50,545 nucleotides of DNA, taken from positions 28,310 through 78,854 of the forward strand of contig MQRK01210104.1 in the NCBI GenBank assembly GCA_001938485.1, given 5' to 3'. Below are positions 12,835 through 26,012 of the stretch, in pieces (position 1 is the stretch's first letter; each line of letters opens with the position of its first letter). The position numbers and the translations under genes were made by a program. A model generated the notes under the pieces. The model did not search any database, was not told the origin of the DNA, and worked only from the letters and a program-made list of their open reading frames with translations. This DNA comes from Girardia tigrina. Its lineage: Eukaryota.

Positions 12835-13870
12835 AAGAAATGCAGAGCCTACACAATCATAGTACTCGCCTAGTGTTTGGCATAAGGAAGGATCAGAGGA
12901 TCAGAATGGATACAATCACAATTGGGTTACCTCACCCAATGGACATTCTAGCTAAGAGACTGCTCCCGTTCCACGTTCTTAGCTACTGGCAATGGACCGA
13001 TGATCCTGAAAAGAGTCATTGAATCCTCAATGACAGATATTAAAAAAATTTCAGGAAGAAAGAAGCAACAAATCAAAGAATGCTTGAGAATCGGTAGGGA
13101 ATGGCTTTTTTGAGAAACCGCTTCCTTTGATGATTTTTTAAAATGAATTCAGCAGGAAAGCGCTCAACTCAAGATGAAAGATATGATCGACTCAATAATA
13201 TGCGAGAGGCGAATAATTGGGTGGAGATCAGAAGACATGCCAAAACTTATCAGACAGCGGATGAAACTGTTTCAGTGGTCATACGAATCTTGTTTCAGGG
13301 AATTAGAGGAGCAGGCAGAATTGAATCGACACAAGAAACAAGATTATAGCCCAAAAGTCCCTCAAGAAGAAGAACCGGGGGATTCAATTACCATCTATAT
13401 CGAAAGAACTACAAGACCAAAGGACGGCTCATCAGACATCTCAAAACAGCGCACAAAATTGAAGTAGAACAATTAGTTCAAATCTTTCTGAGCAGAACCA
13501 ATCAGTCCAAACAATCAAAAGAAGGGAATCAACCACTGAACGTGATACCAGAAGACGATTCGAAGAGTCAGAAGCAAGTCCTTTAGAAACCCATCTGAAC
13601 TAACGCCTTACAGATTTAACTGCGATAGGAACCTCCACATGCCCGTTTCGCGGATGTGGAAAGTCTAAGTACACAACCAAAGGGATGCAAAATCAATAGA
13701 CTACTATCCATGACTGGTCGTTTCTGACTGGACTGTCAAAGCCTGCGCGGAAGCGAAAGGTTGACGTATCCGTAGAAGGTCTATCGGAGGTTTTTAGACT
13801 TATTTGGTTTGGGTGGGTCAACTAAAGAGCCTATTGGCTAATAATATTCTTGAAAGAGATTGGAAGCCCA
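12835..13870 (+). mobile_element. 3' portion of a non-LTR (RTE-like) retrotransposon with two C-terminal C2H2-like fingers, copy 1
   Basis: 'LHNHSTRLVFGIRKDQRIRMDTITIGLPHPMDILAKR' resembles an RTE post-RT tail. Fingers are 'FNYHLYRKNYKTKGRLIRHLKTAH' and 'CPFRGCGKSKYTTKGM...TIH'. Colinear with the inverted copy at 47692-48545. Confidence 0.65.
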
Positions 13871-15304
13871 TTGTATGTAAGGGAATTAAACTAAAAATAT
13901 GTGTGACAAAGAAGCATAGCTATTATAATATCTAAGTTCATTTTAGGTTTGATCGATCCTTTAGTGCTTAACGTATCAAAAAAAATTCAAAATGCTTAAC
14001 TTAAGATTCATCAATTCAAGAAAGTCTCTTTTGCATGACCATCTGTATAAAAAAATGTTTGTAAAAGATCTATTAAACTTTCAATTGAAAATTTTTGCTT
14101 TGATTTTAGTATCATAATGAATATTAAATTACTTATTTATACCGCACAACTTATAGAACCTTCTCCGGATGCTTCATAAACAGCAATATTTCTCAAAGTT
14201 AATATCCCGATATGACAAAGAAAAAAATCCAAGTGAGAATCCAGATCACTGAAAATTATAAATATTTAATTTTAAATGAATTTTAAATGAATTTTTAAAT
14301 TATTTTTTTATGAAAATGCAATCAAACGCCAATTTCACAAATGAAACGCATTTCACCATTACAGCATCTAAAAAATGATTATTTTCTATTTATATTGTTG
14401 AAAAACTATTACATGCTTTCAAAGTATTTTAATGTTACTTAATAAACTTTAATATGATTTTGTGAATCAACTTGCACATATAAACAGTTCTTTGGTAATA
14501 ACCCTTTCATAATTTGTGTCAAAATTATTTCAAATTTTTATCGTTACAAATTATAATTACCCTGACATCATTTATATGGCTCGAAATTGACTAAGTAAAT
14601 TGAACAATTCATGGAGTCCGGAAGTAGGGACTTGTTTCTCTAATGTACAAGTCTTGTGAAATTTGAATTTAAAACTAAATGTGCTTTAATACATAAAATA
14701 GTTTTGTTTTATGAAAACATAGTTCCGAAATGTAGCAGTTACAAAGATTTATTTCTTCATCCCACATTATATCAGTATCCAAGCAGATTCCTCACAGCCA
14801 TGTGAACTGCCTAGTTCCAATTTCTCGTGATTCGTATTTAATTAATTTAGATGATTCTTCAGAGACTGATAATTAAGTAAATCCAGAAAGAATCAATGAA
14901 TCCAATCATAACAACATTTCTAAAAGTAATATAACCCATTTATTAAGTAATGCTGAACTTTCGGACCTTATACATGATATTGCTTTGACAAAAGAACAGC
15001 CGGAGCTTCTTGTTTCAAAATAAAAACAGTAGAATTTATTCGGTCCTGATACAAAAATATATTTCACTTCAGAAACAATAATCTTATTCAGTACTTTTCA
15101 TCTGATGAAAATATGTGCTCTTGAAATGATGTTAAAAATTTCATGGCCCCTCTTAATCATGAACACGAAATTAAGAACTAGCGTCTCTTTATCGATGCAT
15201 CAAAACGGACCTGAGGTTTGTGACGCTGCATAATGGAAACTTATATACATCAATTACGGTTGCCTACTCAACGCAGTTTAAAGAGACTTATGACAACATC
15301 AATG

Positions 15305-17530
15305 ACAACAAATAGACAGCACATAAAATACTGGAATTGCTCGCAAAATAATAGGATCTTAGGCTACGTGGGGACCTGACTGGTGTCCCCCTAGGCGGTA
15401 ATATCGAGGTAATATCGAGTTTAAGGCATTATTGGATCGAATTTTCAGAGTGAAAATCATTTCCTTCAGAATAATTATCGTACTCTCCTACTGATTCGGA
15501 TACAGTGACAACGAAAAAATAACATTTTATGAGTCTCTAAACACCATGGTTGGAAAAGCAGAGGCAGAAGTTAGGTAGTCCGGGTGCATGTTGGTGGTGG
15601 GAGGAGATTTTAATTGCCGCATAGACTTTGACGGAGAAAATCAAGTACCCAGCGTCGGAAAGTATGCACACAATACGCACATGTCGGATAATGGGGAAAT
15701 GTTAGTATTACTAGCTGAAGAGAAAGGTATGAGGGTGGTAAACTCCTTTTTTCGCCATAGTAAGTGGAAAGGCATTAGCTGGACCCACCCGACGACGAAG
15801 AGGAGGAGGCTACTGTATTATTTTCTTGTACGTTCAGAAAATATGAACAAGATCAAAGATGTACAATCTAAGCGTCTTTATGACTGTGGATCCGATCAAT
15901 ATTGCGTAGTCCTTTATCTAAAAACAAAAAGATATAAGACAGCTGGTACGAAATGGAAGCCGAAAAAAGAATTGCCTAAAAGCATTCAGAGAGATCTTGT
16001 AACTCGTGACCGCGAAAATTTGTCGTCCAAGCTTCAGCGAACTATTGGGGAAGCAGGACCAGGATGTGGAAACACAGTGAAAGTTATTACAACACTACTG
16101 GAAAAGTACAGGAAGGTCAAAAGAACACCTCTAACGGGAAACTGCTTACATAGTCATAAAACTGAACTAAGTCATCTCATAAACGAAAGGAGTCATCACA
16201 GACAGAAATGGATATTGCACCCTTCCATAGAAAATCTGCAGTGCTGGAGAGCCGCATGAAACAAGGCAACCTATTCCATATGTAAATGGAAGCGAGAAAG
16301 ATTGATCTCAGTAATGAGATTGAACAAAGTTTAAATGTTGGAAGCTTCAAGGAGATAGGTGTGGCTTATCTAAAATTGCGTATGCTAGGGAATCCAGAAA
16401 CGAAAGTGCATACACTTTTTACGCCTGAGCCATCTGTCTCTAATAGTCATATGGCAAGTCATTATCAGAAGCTCTTCGAAGTGCGTCCATTTATTGAGTG
16501 GGCGGATATGACTCGATTTCCTGAGGAAATTTATATCGGTATAGATCCACCGAACACAGAAGAGATACAGCTTGTCATATCACAAATGAGTAATGTGAAG
16601 GCACCCGGCTCAAATGGGGTGATTGCGGAGGTTTTACAATGAGGCGGACAACCTCTCGTTGACAAACTGCAGCTCGATTTTGAGATTATTGGGAACGGTG
16701 ATGATCATCAGTTACCAAGTGCTTGGAGAAGTGCAAAAGTTGTAACACTCTTCAAGCGAAAGGGTGCAAGGTCTGATCCGAATAATTATAGAGATCTTCC
16801 TTTTGGAAGTCACCGGCAAAGTTTTTGCGCGAATAATTGTAAATAAAATGACGCTGGCGATGTAAGAAAGGTTACACCCTTGACAGTTTGGTTTTCGGCT
16901 GGAAAGAGGTACTATGCAAGCTATACGTATACTCAGACGGATACAGGAAGAAGGTCGATATAATAACCAGAAGATATTCGTGATATTCATCGACTTGGAA
17001 AAGGCATTTGATAATGTCCCACGTGAACTTCTGTGGGCCTGCCTGAAAAGATTCGGCTTGACCGACAAGATTCTCTATCTGATCAAGGAATTCCATGAGA
17101 GTTTTAGTGCCTCTGTGGGGTATTGTGAGGTTCTCATGGAATGAGGTGCCAGACAGGGATGTGTAATGGGACCTTGTCTTTTTAACTTGGTCTTCGATGA
17201 AGTTATCAATACGGCGATACTGAAAGGATTCGGGAAGGAATTACCCTGATCTACGAGCATGGTGACGAATTTCAAGTCAATAGACTTACTTATGCGGATG
17301 ATCTATGTATCATCGACTCTGATATTGATAGTGCCTGTAAAAACTTTGATATACTTAGAAGCATATATTCAGAAATCGGGTTGACTATAAGTGCATCTAA
17401 AACGAAAGTCATGTGCCTAACTGATAACTCGGGGACTAGAATATCGCTAGTGATGTGTGGTGACAAAGTCATAGAATGGGTGAGCGAGTTCTGTTAGCTC
17501 GGCAGTATATTGACCACGTGAGGTAGCTGC
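15305..17530 (+). mobile_element. RTE-like LINE (APE endonuclease plus RT), decayed, 3'-truncated
   Basis: Endonuclease 'VVGGDFNCRI...NGEML...NSFF...SWTHP...SDQY'. RT 'KAPGSNG', 'QFGFR', 'FIDLEKAFDNVPRE', 'RQGCVMGPCLFN', 'YADD', 'KTKVM', 'F(C)*LGSI'. Confidence 0.92.
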
Positions 17531-17799
17531 AGGTTCTCAAAAACAACAAATATCAAGTTGGATCTAATGATTGATTTTGAAAAAGCATTGAATAAATGAG
17601 TGATTCTTTACGTATCGCAGTTCCATGTGTCCGCGAATAAGTAAAGTTAAAATAAAAGAAGGAATATTTATGGCTCCTCAGATCTGAAAACTAATACATA
17701 TGAACATTTTCAAGACCTATTAAAAGGAAAAGATCTTGAGACATGGGTAGCGTTCAAATTCCTTCTCGCCAATTACTTGGGAAATAATAAATCTAGTAA

Positions 17800-19094
17800 G
17801 GGCTCGTTCGTAAAATACTGTCAGGTGCAAAAGTTAGTTAACGCTTGTTGTTAAATTGTCTTTTGAACCCAACTGCAATTATATTGACAAAAGCACACCA
17901 AAATACAAAGATTTTATTAGAACATTATAATAAGACACAAATTTATCAAAACTTCTCATAACTGGCACATAAAGCACGAAAAACCAGTGTATATTTAGTA
18001 TTTTGTGTGTTTACCCTTATTTTTGTGAACAGAACGAATTCGGTCCGGCATAATTTTTTACAATAGTCTGGTTACACTTTTTGAGTTCAAACAGTTTCCA
18101 TTGCTTTGATCATGTCCTGCAGGAAATTTGGGTGCATGGCAGTAATCTGTTTCTTCACCTAGGTCCAGCCATTCTCAATCGGATTGAGATCCAGTGAGTT
18201 ACCTGGCCAAGGACCAAGAATTTGGAAGCCTGACTGCGCTAACCACTGTCGAACAGCATTGACATTGTGACATGGTGCTCCATCATGCTGAAAGAAGGTC
18301 GTTCTGTGTAACTCCATAAATGATGGCAACTTTTCATTTAAGATTTCTAAATAAACTGTATCATTTATGGTGGTTCCCTTTGGCATGAACCACAGTCCTG
18401 CATGACCACGCGATGAAATAGCACCCCAAATCATCAATTTTTCAGGCATCCTGACAATGAACACCAGATATTTAGGATAAAAACGTTTATTTTGAGGTCG
18501 CCAAAACATTACCAGAGGTGCTAGGAAATGGTGATATGGTTGTCTCGTCACTAAATAGTCGCAGTCCTACTGCTTTGCAGTCCAATGTTCATAACGCTTG
18601 CAGAAGGTAACACGATCTGAAATATTTTTGGCAGATAGCAGTGATTTTTTGACTGGCTTTGGGGAACCAGTCTCCCTTTTTCTCTAAACAGTCTGACACG
18701 CAACTCCAAGAGAAACATTAAGAGTTGTAGCTATTTATCGATAAGAAACGCCGTGCTTATGCAATGCCAAAACTGCTGCACGCTGTTCCGTTGTTAGCTC
18801 CTTCCCGAGGACAGGCATGATTCTAAAATAAATATTGACAATTTATAACTTGAAAACTAATAAAAATAAAATATGCATTTAATCATTTAAATGGTTTATG
18901 TATACTTAACAAGGAATACATAAACATGCAGTGCAACAAAAAAAGCAGTATAGAAACAAGCGTTCACAAACTTTTGCATCTGACTGCACATAACGCGAAA
19001 ATTAGGATTTTTAGACCCCTCCCTCCTTGTCAGAAAGTTTCACACTTTCACATACCCCTTTCCCCCTATGCATTATGTATTTTACGAATAAACC
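17800..19094. mobile_element. PIF/Harbinger-type MITE split by a Tc1 insertion
   Basis: Removing the Tc1 restores TIRs ggctcgttcgtaaaatacataacgc / gcattatgtattttacgaataaacc, preceded by TAA. The body is about 125 bp. Confidence 0.75.
17818..18986 (-). mobile_element. Tc1-family transposon, near full length, decayed
   Basis: TIRs ctgtcaggtgcaaaagtt / aacttttgcatctgactg, TA at 17816-17817. Transposase 'LMIWGAISSRG...FQHDGAPCH...WPGNSLDLNPIENGW'. Confidence 0.92.
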
Positions 19095-22000
19095 AAAATT
19101 ACAAAGAAGTTGTTAAACAGTGCATCAATGCCTCCCAGAATATTGGATGTACCATTTCCCTTAAGATTTATCTTCTTGATTCACATATTGGCTTTTTCAC
19201 TGAATGTCTTGGTGAAATTAGTGATGAACATGGAGAGCGTTTTCACTAGGAAATCGCTTTAATGGAGTCATGCTACCAAGGACGATGTCGTAGTGCTATG
19301 CTTGCAGATTACTGCTGGTATCTGCACCATGATGCCCCAGCAATTAAACACCGTTGAAAGTCTACTTGCAAGAAATCCAAGCCTTTTCTATAAACTTTAT
19401 ATATAATTTGAATTAAACTGTTTAATTTTAAAAAGCAATGACAACATTTTTAATTAATTATTATTGGAATGACGCAGACATTTGTAAATCTTAAGAATAT
19501 TTAAAACAAAATTAACTACAAGGATTGAGATTGGCAGATGTGTTTAATTTTAAAAGCTGTAGGCTTGATGTATGGCTACTGTTTGGGTATAATTAGTACT
19601 GTTGACCGAACTCAACACTGTATCGCCAAAGTCTGGCTACTTCTTACATTTTTAGATATAAAATGAAAATAAAATTTTATTCATCACTCTTTAGTCTCAG
19701 AAATATTCTTTTGCCTCCAGTGCATTTAAAAAAGACTAAAGAACATTTGCTGAATGTTTGTAGAGCTTTGAAGAATGTCATTCACAACGTCCTATAAAAT
19801 AATAAATCATCACTGACACACCGGAATATGTAGAAGAACGTTTTCCATACTATAAAAATCGATTTGTCGCGGAAAAAAATGCAGAATCATGATAAAAATA
19901 TGGAAGTTGTAGAAAATATCGTTTAAAATCAAATAGCGATTTAATAAGCATAACATAGTGTTCAGTCATTTTAATGATTTCAGAAGTTGGTTGTTTGAAG
20001 TGTAAAACACGTGTTAAAATGAAACTAAAACCCTAGTGAGAAGATCGGAGTAAGTACATATCTTTCGGCTCAAATAGTCACAGATTGATTGTAGAAATCG
20101 TTCTTAATTTTTCTTTCATTTAAATCTTTAACAATTACACAATTAATCTGCTGCACAAGATTACTTTTAATTGCTTGGCGTAGATACATTATTTAAAAAT
20201 GTTTAATGTTATCTAATGCATTTAGGATGAAATTTGCAAGTTTTTCTGAGTAAAATATAGCTAAATATACAGGCTTTTCTGAACACTTTAGTTTTGTCTT
20301 GATCTCGTGTATTAATATACATATAATGGATGAAATGCCTCAAATATAAGAAAGACTTCATGCTACCTCTCTTCGAGAATCCTGCTACAGATTATTTATG
20401 ATGGTTGTAATACTCAAAAGATGGTGGGGGAAAAATAATTTTCAAAAGTTATTATTTTTGCTCACTTGACCTAGAAATAATTGCAAGAGTGATTAGGTTA
20501 AGGCATCATATTATTTTCAATATTATTTAAAATGTTTAAAAGACGTTTCGGTGATGACTTTATGCAAAATCATGAATAGAAGTATGTCAGTAACTAAACT
20601 ATGTAACTTTCTTTTCAAAATCTTCTTATGACAAGAATTAAACAGTTGAGTGGTTTAAACATGATAGAAGCAAAATATATATTTTTAAAGTGAAGAAAAC
20701 TTACTATAGGAAAATGTGAGGATACCAGGTGATCAAGGAGGTGTATCTAAAATAATTTAGAACATTAGAAAATAATTTTACTAATCAAATAATATATAAA
20801 TTAATTAATACATAAATCGAGGGGTTAGGGCATATGTTTGGATCACGTATGATTTGGATCACGAACTTTCCAATCGATATTCTCATGGCGAAAACTCTTT
20901 AATTGTTTCTTATTAAGTAAATTTTACACAATTCAAATTAGAGAATTCGTAACATTTTTGGTAATAATTCTACAACTCCTCTGAGTTTCTGTATATTCTT
21001 TCTTATAAATGTTCCAATATTAAGTGTGATTTTATATATAGAAGATACTTCTCTTATTTTTGGTAAGCTGATTCAGAAACATAGATGATTTGGAAATCAT
21101 CACAATATTACAGCACATATAAATGAAGTTTGTATATCGGATTGCAAAATAATCGATTGTTTGCAAAAGATATATTTAATTTAAATTAAAGATAAAATTG
21201 ATGAAATGGCCATGTTGGGGTAACTTTTGGTGAACTTTAAATTTTTGATATTTTTTAAAAAATCATATATATATTTTAGATAAAGTAAAAATAATGTCGA
21301 TTAATTTAAATGAAATAATTCTTTAAAATAAAAATTTAAGTTATAGATAATANNNNNNNNNNNNNNNNNNNNNNNNNNNNNNNNNNNNNNNNNNNNNNNN
21401 NNNNNNNNNNNNNNNNNNNNNNNNNNNNNNNNNNNNNNNNNNNNNNNNNNNNNNNNNNNNNNNNNNNNNNNNNNNNNNNNTATAGTAATNNNNNNNNNNN
21501 NNNNNNNNNNNNNNNNNNNNNNNNNNNNNNNNNNNNNNNATATATATAATATATATATTTATTTCTATAAAATAAATCGAAATAATTTTTGTAAAAATTA
21601 TAGTTCACAGATAGTATATTACTACTTAAAATGAAATAAGTTTTTAAAAAAATTTTAGAGTAATGATAATATTTTAATTAAATTGGGACAAATTTTTATA
21701 AAAATAAAGCTTACAAAATTATGACTTCCAATTTTAATCACGAACCTAATAGGCCATATTTTTTATTGTCCAATTCTGATATCTCAAAAAAATGGTAAAT
21801 TACACTCATTCAAAAAAAGTCGAATCGATAGAATTCTGGTTTGAAAGGGCGGTTAATGAAAACATCGTATTTCATTGAAATAATTGTTGTATCTCTAAAT
21901 TTTCATCTTTCGCATTATTGAATATTTTTTGATTTAACAAATTTCGTTTGTTTGATGTAAATATGGTTTTTGAGTGAATTATTCTAATTTACAATAATTG

Positions 22001-22202
22001 GAATTATTTTAATGTATCAATAAAAATTATTTTCGGTGCAAATTCTTTTGTTTTGTTGTTGAATTGCAAAAGTCGCCATTATTGATAAATAATTCAAAAT
22101 CGAGTGATTGTCATCTTGTTTATAAACTGAATTACTCGGATAGATTTTCTTATTCGTTATGACCAATTCGAAAACGCTGATCTTTCTCAATTTGCACAAA
22201 TT

Positions 22203-22655
22203 ATGGGTGTTTGGGTACAAGTTATGTGTACCGATCTATGGGTTGCTCAAGGACAAATCGAGGTGAGTTCCGTTCCCATGACTTCCAATGATATGTCCGG
22301 GCCGTGGAGGAATATGCGGGCACTCGATCAATTGGCCACCACTCCAGTGGCGGGATGCAACACTCTCAAGTCGCTTTTGAGACGCGCGGTCGCTCTGTGG
22401 CCTCAAAAAGGCGCGCTCGACACGTGGGAGGTTTTCTTAGTTGAGTTCGAGAAGCAACTAAACGGGCGTCAACTCAAAAAATTGACACTGGGGAAATATT
22501 ACTGGGAAACTTATTAAAAAGCGATTGTTCACGGTATCAATGAGTCTAAGGCTTTTCTGATATTCACGAGGGATGAATTGTTATCAAAAGTTGTGCCTGT
22601 CGTCAGTCGGTGTTTGCAAGACAAGACTATCGTCTTCCTTGATAAGAAAATATTT
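22203..22655 (+). pseudogene. ACSL4: Long-chain acyl-CoA synthetase (ACSL3/4 subfamily) N-terminal fragment, intronless, internally deleted
   Basis: 'GPWRNMRALDQLATTPVAGCNTLKSLLRRAV...EKQLNGRQLKKLTLGKYYWETY' aligns by eye with ACSL3/4 'SPYRS...PGADTLDKLF..AV...[22 protein letters not shown]'. After a stop it continues 'AIVHGINESKAFLIFT..ELL', matching 'AVVHGLNESEASYLIT..ELL'; about 60 aa are missing between. ACSL3 and ACSL4 cannot be told apart here. Confidence 0.8.
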
Positions 22656-23799
22656 CACAACCGTAATGAAACGAAAATGAAAGAATTGAAGCAGAAAATC
22701 AAGAGTAAATTAAAATTGAATTTTTTTCCCGACCTCACGTCCGCCCCACAACTACAGTGTTTCGCGACCGCTTTGCGCTCGCTCTCCTATCACCGATTAA
22801 AAAATATTGTGCAGCAATTTTAAATATAATTTAGAAAACAATTCCTTAAAGGCATTACTGATTAAATCACTTAATCACTCAGTTAATTCTCAAATGAGTA
22901 CGGGACAACTGGTAGCAGAAGATTCGCCGCACTAAAACTAGCCGCAAAAATTCATTTCATGACAATTATATTTTGTTATATTTTAAAATAGAACAATAAA
23001 ATAATAACTTAGATATATAGAAAAATCAAATCAAAAAAAATCAAATCTATCACAAAATTGTGAGACAAGTCTGTCAAGTATTCTTAGTTATTACGGTTAT
23101 AGTATGACTGAACAATTCTCAAAATTTTTAAGACACTCCTAAAATAATTTCTTAAAACAAAAATTATGATTTTACAACTAAAACATTTTGAAGATAAAAA
23201 AATATACAAAAGAATGCAATGAGATGTCCTGTGGCCCGGTGTCCTGCTCCTGCCCAAATAAGTATTCCTTCCACTGTGTTGAGATTATTTAATAAGTAAA
23301 AACATGCATTTATTAAACAATTGTCATTTTAATATATAAGTCTGAACATTGTGTGTATTTGTTTCGGAGCATGCAGCTTTAATGATATAAATTTAATCGG
23401 TATGTTTTCAACATTGCGATGATGCCATCTCAACACATACTTGCAGGACATTGAGTTTTTGCTTACTTATGTTTTATAAGTGATAGTAACTTATAACCAC
23501 TTTTAAAACCGTCTTGTGCGAAATGTGAAAATAGTATAGTAAACCAAAATTGTAAAAAAGCTTTAAAATTGTTAATCTTCAAATTTCAATTGCGAAACGC
23601 CGTCTGAAAAAATATTTTTTCTCAAAAATCTTTTGGGGTTACTAATACTAACCGACAGAGTCCCAAAATATCGTTATTGACATCGATTTTCAAAAAAAAT
23701 GTTTTTTGCTCCACAATAGTTATAAATTTTGTCTAATGTTAAACCACAAAAGAACATCGCAAAAAATAATAAATTTTTATTTGCTCAATGTTATTTTTA

Positions 23800-24950
23800 T
23801 TTTAGTCGTTCAATTCGCTTATTGGGAGGAGCTGATACAGTCGAATCTCACCAAGCCGAAATCAGTTCTTTCATGGGCTGAATTTTACAACCAAAAAATG
23901 TATTAAGATTTGGTTTTGCAAAAAAACCTGTCTGACTTGTCATAGTATTCAAGGAAACCGAAAATTCGTCGAGAAAGTCTTTTCAATGATATCGACAATA
24001 TCTTTTGATCTATCAAAACAAAATCTTCAACGAAACCGAAGCTCTCCTCAACAGTAAAATCATTAAATTTCAAATGAAAGAAAACAGAGAATCATCGAAT
24101 GATTTCGTGAGCGCATCGATAGAATCGGCGAAACTGAAAGAAGAAAAGCGAGGATTGTTGGATAAATAAGAATCGGTGATGAAATTCTAGTCGGATAATT
24201 TGGAATATATGCATATTGTGAAATCGCTGAATTTGAATTTATCGAAAGAATTAGACGATTTGAGGACCGAATTTTTAAAGATAAAGCAACAGAAAACCAG
24301 CACGGAAGATCATTTGATCCTTTACAAGAAGGAAACCGATAAATATACATTTTTAAAATTCAATTGTAAAAGACGTATCTGGTTATGTATAAGACAAAGT
24401 TAATTACCTAAAAGATACAAATGTTGACAATCAAATAGAATTGCTCACAACGGCACTTGACGTAACCCAGCGAATCAAAGTAATGATGGAATCCGACAAT
24501 ACTCGATTACAAGTCGAGTTACGATTTTGAAAAGCAAAAAAAACAGAATTTGCAATTGGAAATTGGAAAATTACGTTACAATTTTAAAACAATGCAAACT
24601 GAAGGTGAATTAAATAAATCCCAGCTGGAAGAATTAGTAAGACATTTTCGATTGAAAAATATTAATTTAACAAAATATAAAGTTGCAGATATTTTCTCGG
24701 TTCGTCAACAGGAAACATTTACTGAAAAAATTGTCAAACAATTGTTAAAAATGTAACTCATGAAACAAAAACATATAATTTCAGACGAATCATGTATGAT
24801 ATTTCCTTTCGCCAAAAGGACAGACCAATGAGAACATTTCAGAATCCATTAATAATGAGAAAGTTCTTTGAAAATTCCAATAACACAGACCAATTTTCAT
24901 CAAATAACGAGCCAAAATAATTACCATCTTATAAAAACCCATTATCAAAG
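23800..24950 (+). pseudogene. Disrupted coiled-coil protein coding region, unidentified
   Basis: Successive heptad-like E/K/L/Q-rich frames (24200..24403, 24550..24756 and intervening segments) broken by stops and frameshifts. Confidence 0.45.
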
Positions 24951-25203
24951 AAGTTCTTGTGTGTTATTCCTCTAATATTTTCGTGTCTGAGAGAGTTCTA
25001 GGAAAAATAACACAGGACAAAATATCACAATTGCCAAGTATTACAAATGAAATTATTGAAATATGTTTTAAACATTTAAAATCTAATTGTTAATTGTGAG
25101 AAATGTTTGGATTATATTTCTCCTATCCAGATTGTTCATTAATATTTAAATACTTATTTTTTGAAACTAATTTAATGCAAATGTTGATTCAATACGTTTC
25201 AGT

Positions 25204-25284
25204 ACCATAACCCTAACCATAACCCGTAACTGTAAACCTAACCCTAACAATTACCATAACCCATAATTCCTAACCTTAACCTTA
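25204..25284 (+). repeat. Degenerate (TAACCC)n telomere-like tract
   Basis: cataaccctaaccataacccgtaactgtaaaccctaaccctaac...cctaaccttaaccttaa. Confidence 0.75.
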
Positions 25285-25472
25285 AAGTTATTTATGATGT
25301 TTTGTCCAGTTACCATCTGAGAGTTTCGTCAGATTCATTTTTAGATTTCATGTTGACTAAAATGTTGAATTGGTGTATCAAGATGGTCAAGAGAATTGAC
25401 AAATAAACGTTCTCTAGCCATAAAAGCGTTATCGGAATTTTGATATAGAATTAGCACATTTCTTACTGATTG

Positions 25473-26012
25473 CGTGGTGCGATCGATAAGTCCTTAGACT
25501 CAACAAGAAAGCAAAGTCAAATCAACTTTATTTTTTCAGAATCAGTAGATGAAATCAAAGTAAATCATTTCTCAATGTATGAGCTGTGTACATCAACACA
25601 CTTGCGCCAGCGAGCAACAAAATCAGAGAACGCATTTTTGTAAAAATTTGGAGGCAAAGAATTGAGAACATCAAGGACTTTCTCCTTGAGGACATCAACT
25701 GAATGAAAGTGGACACCTTTCAAATGTTAATTTAGGTGTTTAAACAACGCAAAATCATTTGGGGCTAGGTCAGGGCTTTAAGGGGGTTGGAAAACCAACT
25801 GAAAACCACAGTCATTCACAACAGTCAAAGTTACTCGTGAAGTGTGAATGGGTGCACTGTCTTGAAGGAGACACAATGGGATCCCTCTTGGCTTTCTAAG
25901 AGACTTTCTCGCATCGCGAAGTAATTAAACATAATACTCACTATTTATTGTCAGTCCTTTCTCAAGTAAATCAATTTTAATATTGCCATGGGAATCCCAG
26001 AACACAGTCAGA
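25473..26012 (-). mobile_element. 5'-truncated mariner copy (same family as 46076-47342)
   Basis: Starts with TIR cgtggtgcgatcgataagtccttagactc and is the reverse complement of about 46820-47342. Confidence 0.93.

Larger units (their letters stand above)
14480..19430 (+). mobile_element. Chapaev3-like (CMC) DNA transposon remnant, interrupted by a LINE, a MITE and a Tc1
   Basis: Transposase pieces in order: 'ELSDLIHDIALTKEQPELL', 'RLFIDASKR..LHNGN...VAYSTQFKETYDNI' (to about 15300), 'IKLDLM...KIKEGIFMAPQI...NYLGNNKS' (17545-17798), 'NYKEVVK...SLKIYLLDSHIGFF..LGEISDEHGERFH*EI..ME..YQGR...MLADYCW' (19095-19330). Family name from recalled motifs; ends approximate. Confidence 0.8.
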
